From IMG/VR virus record IMGVR_UViG_3300002835_000041, positions 54,982 through 118,981 of that record: a stretch of DNA of 64,000 nucleotides; one strand, 5' to 3'. The notes below the pieces were generated by a model. That model was not told the origin of the DNA and searched no databases. It worked only from the letters and a program-made list of their open reading frames with translations. The stretch's first letter is position 1. Each line of letters begins with the position of its first letter. The translations under genes were made by a program, and so were the position numbers. Below are positions 1-8,334 of this stretch, one piece after another. Source of the stretch: a virus.

Positions 1-5
1 ACAAG

Positions 6-266
6 ATGAATGAGCATGCAGATACTACGGGGGATTTTGCAGCAATATACTATATTAACGATGACTATGAAGGAGGAGAAATAAACTTTACAGATCATAA
101 TCTTAAGATTAAGCCAAAGTCTAATAGTCTTATTACATTTCCCAGCAATGAAAACTACTGGCACGAAGTTCTTGAAAATACTGTAAAAGAAAGATACTCC
201 TCTACTCTATGGTTTACAATTGAAGGATCTAGCCGTGTAAGACCCGAAAGTGGACTGGTCAGATGA
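6..266 (+). CDS. 2OG-Fe(II) oxygenase, prolyl 4-hydroxylase-like (probably 5'-truncated by window edge)
   Basis: HAD (HxD) motif, YINDDYEGGEINF, distal H in WHEV, RYS; frame open to window start. Confidence 0.85.
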   Translation: MNEHADTTGDFAAIYYINDDYEGGEINFTDHNLKIKPKSNSLITFPSNENYWHEVLENTVKERYSSTLWFTIEGSSRVRPESGLVR

Positions 267-427
267 TAAAATTCAAGCCATATGAGGATCGTGCATTTGA
301 TGCGTTCTATTCATGCAATGTATCTGAGTGTGAACTTGAAGCAGAAAAAATATACGGAACAGAGACATCGATTGTTGATGTTTGTTTAAATCATTATAAA
401 GAATTATCAGAAAAAGGTTATCGATGA
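263..427 (+). CDS. small hypothetical protein (54 aa, CxxxxC/CxxH)
   Basis: Read from sequence; ATGA overlaps with both neighbours; MIKFKPYEDRAFDAFYSCNVSEC... Confidence 0.6.
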   Translation: MIKFKPYEDRAFDAFYSCNVSECELEAEKIYGTETSIVDVCLNHYKELSEKGYR

Positions 428-582
428 AAGATGTTATCTTGTCAACACTAACAGGTTTTGGATGTGGCGTAGTATTTGCCGCATTCAAATTACCAGTCCC
501 AGCACCACCAGTTTTTGCGGGAGTCGCAGGAATTATTGGTCTATGGATTGGATTCACAGCACTAACAAAAATAATATCCTAG
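424..582 (+). CDS. XapX/DUF1427-like small membrane protein (52 aa)
   Basis: MKDVILSTLTGFGCGVVFAAFKLPVPAPPVFAGVAGIIGLWIG: two hydrophobic helices around the PAPP motif; not in ORF track. Confidence 0.75.
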   Translation: MKDVILSTLTGFGCGVVFAAFKLPVPAPPVFAGVAGIIGLWIGFTALTKIIS

Positions 583-592
583 GAGGAAAATT

Positions 593-862
593 ATGAATGA
601 ACAAATTAAAAGAGCACTAGCGTCATATGGAAGATCAGTTCTTGGAGCAGCAACAGCAATGTATGCCTCTGGAGTGACAGATCCACAGACACTAGCATAC
701 TCACTACTTGGAGCACTTGTCCCCGTAGTATTGAGAGCAGCCAACCCTAATGACTTGGCATTTGGCAAGATGCCAGATGTTAAAGAGGTTGAGGTAGCAC
801 TAAAGACTGCTAAGGTAGTTAAGAAGGCACCAGCAAAGAAAACAGCAGTAAAAAAGAAGTAG
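593..862 (+). CDS. small membrane protein, possibly holin-like, Lys-rich tail
   Basis: GGAGG SD; two weakly hydrophobic segments; KKAPAKK tail. Confidence 0.55.
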   Translation: MNEQIKRALASYGRSVLGAATAMYASGVTDPQTLAYSLLGALVPVVLRAANPNDLAFGKMPDVKEVEVALKTAKVVKKAPAKKTAVKKK

Positions 863-874
863 TATAATAGATAC

Positions 875-990
875 TATTCCGCTATGAGACTTTAAAAGGT
901 TTTACAACGGATGTTCCCTTGATGGGAAAGTTAGCAGGAGTTGAATCTTCGTGGCTAATAGACCTGAGCAGTCGTCTATAAACTGCTCAT
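875..990 (+). ncRNA. candidate multi-hairpin small RNA
   Basis: TATAAT 863-868, no ORF, hairpins 878-911, 914-928, 931-958, 963-989. Confidence 0.4.
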
Positions 991-1010
991 TTCTTATGCT
1001 ATAATATTAA

Positions 1011-1065
1011 TACCTGCCCAAATGGGGGGTAAATTAACTTATTCGCTTGAAAGGGGAATAAAATG
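1011..1065 (+). promoter_or_regulatory. ROSE-like RNA thermometer in hsp20 5' UTR
   Basis: TGCTATAAT promoter; hairpin 1011-1031; hairpin 1039-1061 UUAUUCGCUU-GAAA-GGGGAAUAA pairs UCGCU (bulged G) over the SD. Confidence 0.6.
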
Positions 1066-1467
1066 GTAAAAACAGCATTGGATCTTTTTAATGATCCATT
1101 TTTCAATACCTTCTCAAATCTACAGAAGGTAACAACAACAACAAACTATCCACCTTATAACCAAATCAAACTAAATGATACAGAGTATATTCTTTCATTT
1201 GCTTTGGCTGGATTTTCTAAGGATGATGTCTCAGTATCGCTAGACAATCGCAAACTTACAATCAAGGGCGAAAAGCAGGATGCTGAGTTACCAGAGGGTG
1301 CAGAGTATCTACATAAGGGCATTGCTGCTCGTAAGTTTACTGATATCTTTACCCTTCCTGAGTTTGTTGAGGTGGTTGGGGCTGAGTTTAAGGATGGTAT
1401 CTTAGATATCAAACTTGAGAAGCAGATCCCAGAAGACAAACTACCAAAAACAATCGCAATTAAGTAG
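1063..1467 (+). CDS. small heat shock protein (Hsp20/alpha-crystallin)
   Basis: YPPYN, LAGF, YLHKGIAARKF, A-x-F-x-DGIL motifs. Confidence 0.95.
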   Translation: MVKTALDLFNDPFFNTFSNLQKVTTTTNYPPYNQIKLNDTEYILSFALAGFSKDDVSVSLDNRKLTIKGEKQDAELPEGAEYLHKGIAARKFTDIFTLPEFVEVVGAEFKDGILDIKLEKQIPEDKLPKTIAIK

Positions 1468-1481
1468 TACAATATAAATGT

Positions 1482-1563
1482 CCCCACACAGGACCTTAGT
1501 GATGGATTAGTTACCCATTGGATAGAGACCGTGGCGCAAGTCAGGTGAATTGCCTGTGTGGGG
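1482..1563 (+). ncRNA. candidate three-way-junction RNA
   Basis: 11-bp closing stem 1482-1492/1553-1563, inner hairpins 1501-1519 and 1528-1546 (GCAA tetraloop), TACAAT at 1468-1473. Confidence 0.5.
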
Positions 1564-1591
1564 CTTAATATTTCACGGTATAATATAAGCA

Positions 1592-1864
1592 ATGACTGAC
1601 AAAGAGTTAGACCATTATAACAAGCAAGAGTTTAAGAGGATGCTTGCCAAAATAAAGGAAGATTCTGGCTGTGTAGACTGTGGTGTTGGTAACCATATAA
1701 TTCTAGACTTTGATCATATAAGAGACAAGAAATATAATATATCTAGAATGATCCATGATGGTTTTTCATGGAAGGCTATCAAGAAAGAGATTGAAAAGTG
1801 TGAGGTGGTTTGTGCTAACTGCCACAGGATCAGGACACACAACAGGCTTAACGGTATGATATAA
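1592..1864 (+). CDS. HNH endonuclease
   Basis: CxxC...LDFDH...CEVVCANCHRIRT. Confidence 0.9.
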   Translation: MTDKELDHYNKQEFKRMLAKIKEDSGCVDCGVGNHIILDFDHIRDKKYNISRMIHDGFSWKAIKKEIEKCEVVCANCHRIRTHNRLNGMI

Positions 1865-1871
1865 TTATATA

Positions 1872-2000
1872 ATGCCAAAGAAAAAAGCAACAGCGTTTAA
1901 TCCTATTCAGATTAAAGATGGATGGATTGTTAGACTATACAAAGATGGTCGTATTAAATCTAAGATTGAACCCTACGAACCAAAGCATCCTAAAAAATAA
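1872..2000 (+). CDS. small basic hypothetical protein (42 aa)
   Basis: Read from sequence; MPKKKATAFNPIQIKDGWIVRLYKDGR. Confidence 0.6.
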   Translation: MPKKKATAFNPIQIKDGWIVRLYKDGRIKSKIEPYEPKHPKK

Positions 2001-2002
2001 AT

Positions 2003-2398
2003 TTATTTTGTAAGTTTGTATGAATAACGGAAACCAATTTTTCCTATATACTTTGACAATCCAGGATAGTATCCATCGAAAAACATTATGTATCTTGGGT
2101 GAGTAGAGCATATAAAAGCAAGTTTTTCAGCATTATTTTTATCTATAGTAAAAAACCAATCATAAAAATGTTTTATTAAAGCATCAAAACCATTTTCTGC
2201 AAGTTTACTTTCTACTGGAACATTGTATTTAACTAACTCACCAAGCATTATTGTTAGATCAGTTGCTTCTTTAGCCATTACAGACCAATCATCTTTAGAA
2301 TATGTAGATAGTCTTTCTTTGCATGCCACAACATTCTGACTGTCTGGCTCTCCCACCATCAATTCTTTCCATAGATCCTTGCATGTTATTGTTTCCAT
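2003..2398 (-). CDS. stand-alone TipAS-like antibiotic-recognition domain protein
   Basis: LxxLxxxxxPxxS...HF..WF...L.....PRY..FFD...PGLSKYI pattern; start moved to ATG 2398 because the track ORF runs into a tRNA. Confidence 0.6.
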   Translation of the reverse strand: METITCKDLWKELMVGEPDSQNVVACKERLSTYSKDDWSVMAKEATDLTIMLGELVKYNVPVESKLAENGFDALIKHFYDWFFTIDKNNAEKLAFICSTHPRYIMFFDGYYPGLSKYIGKIGFRYSYKLTK

Positions 2399-2426
2399 GC
2401 AGTAATTATACACCACAAATGATTTG

Positions 2427-2499
2427 TACCCCTGGCAAGAATCGAACTTGCGACGCATGGCTTAGAAGTCCATCGTTCTGTCCACTGAACTACAGAGGT
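2427..2499 (-). tRNA. tRNA-Arg (UCU)
   Basis: Cloverleaf, anticodon loop CTTCTAA, GTTCGATTC T-loop; no encoded CCA. Confidence 0.92.
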
Positions 2500-2503
2500 A
2501 TTG

Positions 2504-2576
2504 TATCTCCAACGGAATTCGAATCCGTGTTGCTGCCGTGAAAGGGCAGAGTCCTAGGCCACTAGACGATGAAGAC
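2504..2576 (-). tRNA. tRNA-Glu (UUC)
   Basis: Cloverleaf, anticodon loop CTTTCAC, TTCGAATTC T-loop. Confidence 0.9.
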
Positions 2577-2580
2577 AGAG

Positions 2581-2654
2581 TACACCAGGTAGGACTTGAA
2601 CCTACGATAACCGAATTATGAGTTCGGGGCCTTAACCAACTTGGCTACTGGTGC
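2581..2654 (-). tRNA. tRNA with CAU anticodon (elongator Met or Ile2)
   Basis: Cloverleaf, CTCATAA loop; lacks initiator GGG/CCC anticodon stem. Confidence 0.88.
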
Positions 2655-3147
2655 TAGACCTTATTTAATTAGTAAGCCAAAAAATGTACCAAGCAAAAAA
2701 CATAGGATTCCGAAAGTCGAATAGTAATATGTTTTCATATGTTGATTAATAATGTAACGCTTTAGTTCTTTTGATATGTTATTTAATTCATCTTGATCTA
2801 CCAATTATATATCTCCTAAATATTTTGAGATGCTTGGAACATAGACTGACCAATAATTTCTGATCTCAGAGCAGCCTGTTGTCTTTCAAATTTAGATAAG
2901 TGTGGCTTGGCCTGAACTCTTTTTTTATTTTTGTTTGCTCTTTTAATCTTATGCTGAGAAACTTTATTGTTTGATTTTTTCATTAGATCACTGGCTTTCT
3001 GCTACTTTGTCACAAGGACAAATTATGGACTCTGGGAGTTCGTGAACCTTGGTTACAATAGTAATCATGGTTTCACACTCAACACACTTATATACTTTCT
3101 TAATTCGTTTGCTCATAAACTAATCATACCATACTGAGGTATGTGTG

Positions 3148-3615
3148 TCAAGATTTGTTTCCATCCCAAGTCCCAATCTTTGTGGTAGGGATTCCGTGCT
3201 CTTCCCAAAGCCTAATAACATTTGGATTGTCATCTACGGCATGAAGAATATTCCAATGTTTCTTAATCTGAGTTAAGATATCTTTTTTTACTTCATAGTC
3301 TGGCCTATTGTCATCATCTTTACGCATGTACAGTGCGTGATGGCCGATGTCGTTTTTAGCAAGCCAGCGAGAGGTTAGTCCACGCCAATTTTCTTTTCTT
3401 GATGTGACAATTATAATGTGTCTTTGATCAAAGAATGCCTCATTAAGCATTTGAACTACTTCAAAGTTTGGCAGGGCATCGATAGAAGCCTCATGAAAGG
3501 CATCGTAATCCCTATTAGGACCACGAACAAGGTGAAGGTATGGATCTACATTGGCTAAGGTGCCATCTACATCAAAGATGACTCCTGGGGTTACAGGACT
3601 AGTTCTGATCAACAT
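3148..3615 (-). CDS. HAD-family phosphatase (polynucleotide kinase/phosphatase 3'-phosphatase-like)
   Basis: VIFDVDGTLA, TSR, LYMR..DD.RPD..VK, VDDNPNV. Confidence 0.88.
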   Translation of the reverse strand: MLIRTSPVTPGVIFDVDGTLANVDPYLHLVRGPNRDYDAFHEASIDALPNFEVVQMLNEAFFDQRHIIIVTSRKENWRGLTSRWLAKNDIGHHALYMRKDDDNRPDYEVKKDILTQIKKHWNILHAVDDNPNVIRLWEEHGIPTTKIGTWDGNKS

Positions 3616-3914
3616 GATATGTCATAACAAAGTAGCATACGGCATAGCCCACTAGGAATGCTGGAATTAAAAAGAAAATGCTAATCATTCAAAGTCCACC
3701 TGTGTTTCAAAAATTTTAGTCATATAGTTATCCTCTCCTCTTGCAATTTTTGCAGCAGCAATACGCATACCTAAAGCATTTGTAACTGAAGAGTCAATTG
3801 GCAACGATTCTATTTCCCTTGCTATCTCTTCTCGTAATGTCATTTCATCTATACTCATACTTCAATTATACCCTACTTGGCAGGGTATGTCAAAACAAGT
3901 GATATAATAATCTT

Positions 3915-4160
3915 ATGACAACACCACCAAACTATCAAGGACTATATAACAATGGAGCACTTTATGCCATTGGAGACACAGTTATTACTGATGGAGATCC
4001 ATACGGTATTGACGGAGCGTACTTCATTCGAATTAGCAACCCTGGTAATCCAGGATATCCACCTGCAGTGGGTGGAGGAAGTAACGATAACTGGGCACCG
4101 TATGGTGTCAAGTCAGTAACTGGATCTGGATCTGTGACAGGATCAGGCGCAATAGCCTAA
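3915..4160 (+). CDS. small protein with chitin-binding (CBM5/12-like) motif
   Basis: YxxGDTV...YF...PG.PP....NW; own extended -10 (TGATATAAT). Confidence 0.45.
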   Translation: MTTPPNYQGLYNNGALYAIGDTVITDGDPYGIDGAYFIRISNPGNPGYPPAVGGGSNDNWAPYGVKSVTGSGSVTGSGAIA

Positions 4161-4525
4161 TCTTTATCCCAGTAGGCTTTACCAAACTCATCAAGGTCAT
4201 CCCAGCCTGAATCAGACATGTCAATCTTCATTTTTTCTAAACTTTTCTTCCACGCATCCATATCAATCATATAGTATGTTCCCCACCATTCGTAGGGTTT
4301 ATTAAGATATTTCCACATAAAAGCATGGTACTTATATCTCCACCCATACTCTTCGTCTTCGTCCATATTCACACACTTAACAATATGGTTACCAGCAAAC
4401 TCTCCACACATATTGCCTATCCATCGTAATGGCAGTATCTTAGTTCTTTGTGTCTTCGTTGAATGATTTATCATCTTTAGGTACCCAGACTTTCTTTCCA
4501 TCTTTCCATACAGGCCAATAGCCAA
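4157..4525 (-). CDS. hypothetical protein (start uncertain)
   Basis: ORF track; codon style fits neighbours. Confidence 0.55.
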   Translation of the reverse strand: MAIGLYGKMERKSGYLKMINHSTKTQRTKILPLRWIGNMCGEFAGNHIVKCVNMDEDEEYGWRYKYHAFMWKYLNKPYEWWGTYYMIDMDAWKKSLEKMKIDMSDSGWDDLDEFGKAYWDKD

Positions 4526-4664
4526 GACTACGCCAGTCCATGGTCATTATCTTAGGATCTTTTGGCATTGACACACCAAATCTTTCCATCACTCATTGTT
4601 TGATGGGCATTCCAGAACCAATCGGATTCTTTGCTTAGGCTACATACTTCACATTGATCAACAT

Positions 4665-5690
4665 TCATATCTTAATTATATCAGTCGGTGTTCTATGTGT
4701 CAAATTATAAAATAGATCTGCAACATGATGTTGAAAATGAATTCCTGGATGAGCATAGCCAGTTGTCTTTTTGCTATCAATGATTGAGTAATCAGATCCA
4801 ACTGACCAACAGAAATTATCCTTAAACTCAGAGTTGTGATCTGACTTACAAATATCTTGCACAAAAGTATTGCAAGGCTTAATTGATTTGGCAGGAAAGA
4901 ATGATGTGAAGTTTTTTAATTTAAAATCTTTAATATTTAAAAGTTCTTCCATAAGCAAGTTAGTATTTATGTCCCAGGTTGTCCAATATAGTTTTATGCC
5001 ACTTGTCAAGCAGAATGATTCTAGTATGTAAATAGAGTTTATAGAATTTAAAATTAGTTGGTGTGGGGAAGTTGCGTCTTCTACATATTTTTTATCTTTT
5101 ACTTCCATCAATAAAGAACTTTTATACTCATCAATTTTTGGATTGCAGTAGGTCAATTCTAAATGATCCCAATCAGGAAAGTTTTTATCATTTTTTGATT
5201 TGTAAAATTCCTTATCAATAACAACTACACTTCTAAAAAAGTCTGGAAACAAACAAAAGATTTCTTTTGGCATTTTGTTATTTAGGGAATACTGAATAAT
5301 ATTATTACAAATACTTTCTACAGATGCTCCAGGACTGCCCAAATTAACAATGCTTTTATTAATCCTATTACCTAAAAAGTTTGTCCATCTAGCAGGTTCT
5401 GGAACTCCAACTCCAAAAGTTATAGAGCAACCAGATGCAATAACATCTGAATTGTCATCAATTTCTCCACGACAACCAAAACGATTAATCTCGTATGTAT
5501 TGTGCTCATCAACTGTTCCAACAAAAGGATCTTTTTGGTTCCACTCTTTAAAGAAAGTATCTTTAGCATATGGTTTAAAGTAGCCAAACTCGCTGGTGTT
5601 GGTGAAGTTTTTTATTAGATAGTCTTTTTCTTTATCACTTTTTTGATCAAACTTATAAAAACTTAAAATGTCTCTTGTCAGAAAAGTCAT
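4665..5690 (-). CDS. SGNH/GDSL-hydrolase-like protein
   Basis: ASGCSITFG (block I Ser), VNLGSPGAS, C-terminal HPG..H; paralogue of 37102-38040. Confidence 0.6.
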   Translation of the reverse strand: MTFLTRDILSFYKFDQKSDKEKDYLIKNFTNTSEFGYFKPYAKDTFFKEWNQKDPFVGTVDEHNTYEINRFGCRGEIDDNSDVIASGCSITFGVGVPEPARWTNFLGNRINKSIVNLGSPGASVESICNNIIQYSLNNKMPKEIFCLFPDFFRSVVVIDKEFYKSKNDKNFPDWDHLELTYCNPKIDEYKSSLLMEVKDKKYVEDATSPHQLILNSINSIYILESFCLTSGIKLYWTTWDINTNLLMEELLNIKDFKLKNFTSFFPAKSIKPCNTFVQDICKSDHNSEFKDNFCWSVGSDYSIIDSKKTTGYAHPGIHFQHHVADLFYNLTHRTPTDIIKI

Positions 5691-5917
5691 TCTTCTCTTC
5701 TCCAGTGTATGTATGACTTTATATATACAAGTCCATACGCTACTGCACTAACAATAAATCCATACTGCTTAGTTACTAGACCATAAACAGTCCATAATGT
5801 TTCATTAAATAATAAAACAAACCAGCCCCAAATTGTTTTTCTTCCAACAAAATAAATTCCAGACACGCCGATAATAGCAAGCACCCAGTGGGCATAGTCG
5901 TTAATCCATTGTTCCAT
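5687..5917 (-). CDS. PnuC-like small membrane protein
   Basis: Three hydrophobic helices, RKTIWGW, LWxxYG pattern. Confidence 0.65.
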   Translation of the reverse strand: MEQWINDYAHWVLAIIGVSGIYFVGRKTIWGWFVLLFNETLWTVYGLVTKQYGFIVSAVAYGLVYIKSYIHWRREE

Positions 5918-5956
5918 ATATACAGTATACCCTAAAGTAATAGTTTAGTCAAATCT

Positions 5957-6532
5957 TTATATTATTATCTTTTTTTCTAAAAGTTTGTTGTAATAATAAT
6001 AGCACAAACCAATATTTAGATCATCTGACAAATCTTTATTGTAGTCTGGCAAATCTTTGCTTGACTCAACAAAAAAGGGATCTGGCTGTCCGTAATCTCC
6101 ATCAAAAAGATGATGCTCATCTTCCTTAATATCTAATAGTTCTATTAACTTTTTAATTGTAGTGTCTGGGTATTTAACAAGATCATTAAAGTCTATAACA
6201 TAGTCTGCATGCTCATATAAAAAACTATAAAGAAGTATGTATTCTGATACAATTTGATTAACTCTTTGCCATGTAACCTCATAAACACCACGATGTTCCG
6301 CTGCAATATATGAGGCAATGCTGTCTCTAGGATCTCTTGCTATGGTAATTATTACCCTTTGCTTATTGTGATCCTTATCAAATGCCCAATTAATTGTATG
6401 AGTTTTTTCAATACGGAATCCTGACTCTTTTTCAAAAAGTCTATCAAAATAGTGGGATCCGCTTCTTGGGTATGTGCTTAAATGCGGTTTGTATTTCACG
6501 ACACTAAGCCCATAGATAGGTGACCAAGGCAC
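5957..6532 (-). CDS. sulfotransferase-fold protein (start probably ~6500)
   Basis: TYPRSGSHY 5'-PSB-like loop, KTH, ARDPRDSIAS 3'-PB-like motif. Confidence 0.65.
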   Translation of the reverse strand: MPWSPIYGLSVVKYKPHLSTYPRSGSHYFDRLFEKESGFRIEKTHTINWAFDKDHNKQRVIITIARDPRDSIASYIAAEHRGVYEVTWQRVNQIVSEYILLYSFLYEHADYVIDFNDLVKYPDTTIKKLIELLDIKEDEHHLFDGDYGQPDPFFVESSKDLPDYNKDLSDDLNIGLCYYYYNKLLEKKIII

Positions 6533-6636
6533 ACATCAGCAACAATATAGTCGGAATGATTAACGACAATATCAAAATGCGTTGCGTCTTTATCACAAAA
6601 AAAACATTTAGACTTCTTCATATAATAATTATACCA

Positions 6637-8064
6637 TTAAACAAAATCAAACCACAGTGGCATAATATATCTTGATCCATTTGCAGGAGCAACATGATAC
6701 CAGTAGTGAATATTTCCAGGGAATAGAACTAAATCGCCAGCCTTGGGCTTAAATGATACACCTTGATGAATAAAAGACAACTCTCCACCATCGTAATCGT
6801 CATTAAGATATACCCATCCTGCTAAATGGTTTGAATCTTTATGTCCTAAGTCGTCTATTGGAATTACTGGACTATTATTATGCACCCATTCAGCAAAACG
6901 AGAGTTTCTTGGCTTTAGTTTAACACCATACTCTTCTTCCACCAAAGATTTTATTTGAGGTATATATCTTTCTGAATAGTCTAGTGAGTCGTAATAAAGT
7001 AAAGACAAGGTAGGCTTTCCAGCGCTATCAGGCTGTAGAGGACGATTATTGCTTGTCTCTGTACCCTTGATTAGTTCTATAATGTTGTTGCACTCTTCTT
7101 TACTTAGATAGTTACTAAAGATTTTTACATTATTAGGATTGTTTCCAATCTTAGTAAAGTTTTCTATAGTAAGTTCAGATATTACCACCTTCTTTTGTTC
7201 TGGGATAACTATGTTATTAAAATCTTTTACTAATTCTAGCAACTTGCTAATGTCTTCTTGATCGGTATGTATCATAAAATCATATATTCCAAATTGTTCA
7301 GACAACTGTCTTATTTGTCTAACAACATCAACCATAGGTCCTTTAACATGGTGATGCTGCTTTCTTACTGGTGCATTTTTATCGTATCTAACATTTTGCT
7401 CTTCGTCGGGATGATTTATAATTAGAGGATCGATAATAACTATTGGCTTTACTCTACTAAGATCAATCTTTTTAAATTGATCTCTAAATAGTAAGTTATC
7501 ATCTACATAAATATACTCACAATGCTTGTTTGCTATTTCAATAGTAGTGTCTGAAGAACCAACAACAGCCATATGTGTCTTATGTTGGTGCGTTTTCATC
7601 AAATCCATAACCTTATCCATCCAGACTGCAGAGATAGCAACTCTTTTTTCAAGAGTATCTATTAGTGATGGATCGTGCATATAGTGTTCTAGAACTATTC
7701 TTTCTGCAGGACCATTTCCTTCATCTCCCCATCTTCCAGCAACAAGGTTTACACCAATTCTTCCAGGAGCAAATCGGTTTAATGTTTCACAAATTTTAGC
7801 AGCATAGTCAGGGCTTGTTCCGTATGCTGGCAAAGCAATTGTCATAATTAGTTGGTTTGTTTTTTGTAGCGCTTCTTGTATAACTAAGGAAAAGTCTATG
7901 CCTCCTGGACCGTAAGGAAGCAAAACAGATTTTACATTAGCATCATCTAGTTCTGTGGCCATCTTAAGGATTCCATTAAGATCTAGGTTTTCAATACTGT
8001 CATTTATCTGCCAGTGCCTTCTCCACATCCAGTGAAATGTTATGGGCTTATTTATATTATCCAT
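6637..8064 (-). CDS. fusion: luciferase-like flavin monooxygenase (SsuD-like) + 2OG-Fe(II) oxygenase domain
   Basis: N-term VLLPYG...T.N.F..GRIGVNLVAG; C-term YLNDDYDGGEL...PKAGDLVLFP. Confidence 0.75.
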   Translation of the reverse strand: MDNINKPITFHWMWRRHWQINDSIENLDLNGILKMATELDDANVKSVLLPYGPGGIDFSLVIQEALQKTNQLIMTIALPAYGTSPDYAAKICETLNRFAPGRIGVNLVAGRWGDEGNGPAERIVLEHYMHDPSLIDTLEKRVAISAVWMDKVMDLMKTHQHKTHMAVVGSSDTTIEIANKHCEYIYVDDNLLFRDQFKKIDLSRVKPIVIIDPLIINHPDEEQNVRYDKNAPVRKQHHHVKGPMVDVVRQIRQLSEQFGIYDFMIHTDQEDISKLLELVKDFNNIVIPEQKKVVISELTIENFTKIGNNPNNVKIFSNYLSKEECNNIIELIKGTETSNNRPLQPDSAGKPTLSLLYYDSLDYSERYIPQIKSLVEEEYGVKLKPRNSRFAEWVHNNSPVIPIDDLGHKDSNHLAGWVYLNDDYDGGELSFIHQGVSFKPKAGDLVLFPGNIHYWYHVAPANGSRYIMPLWFDFV

Positions 8065-8320
8065 TTTTTATTACTCTTCCTTTTGTTTTAAACCAAGACC
8101 CTATCTTGGCCTTTGCTACTTTGCTTCTTAAAAGTTCTCCAAATGTTTCATGTGATATATCTGATCCAAGATACTCCTGACCAGTTTCAAGGTCTATCAG
8201 TTTCCATTTGCCAGGTGCTTTTGTGTGCAAGATCAAATCGATTGGATGATCGTAATCATTTACCTCAGAGCCATCTAAAAGTTTTCTTTTCTTTTGATTT
8301 GGTTCTGAGTTATTTGTCAT
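8057..8320 (-). CDS. hypothetical protein
   Basis: ORF track; TATAAT just upstream (leaderless-type). Confidence 0.65.
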   Translation of the reverse strand: MTNNSEPNQKKRKLLDGSEVNDYDHPIDLILHTKAPGKWKLIDLETGQEYLGSDISHETFGELLRSKVAKAKIGSWFKTKGRVIKNG

Positions 8321-8334
8321 TATTCAATTATACA

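Noticed and set aside
273-768. Track ORFs 273-557 and 562-768 (minus)
   Set aside because: Shadows of coupled plus-strand genes with SD signals
963-989. CCUGAGCA...AAAC as a hammerhead ribozyme
   Set aside because: Lacks CUGANGA/GAAA core and the third stem
2323-2541. Track ORF 2323-2541 and 5' extension of 2003-2458
   Set aside because: Overlap tRNA genes
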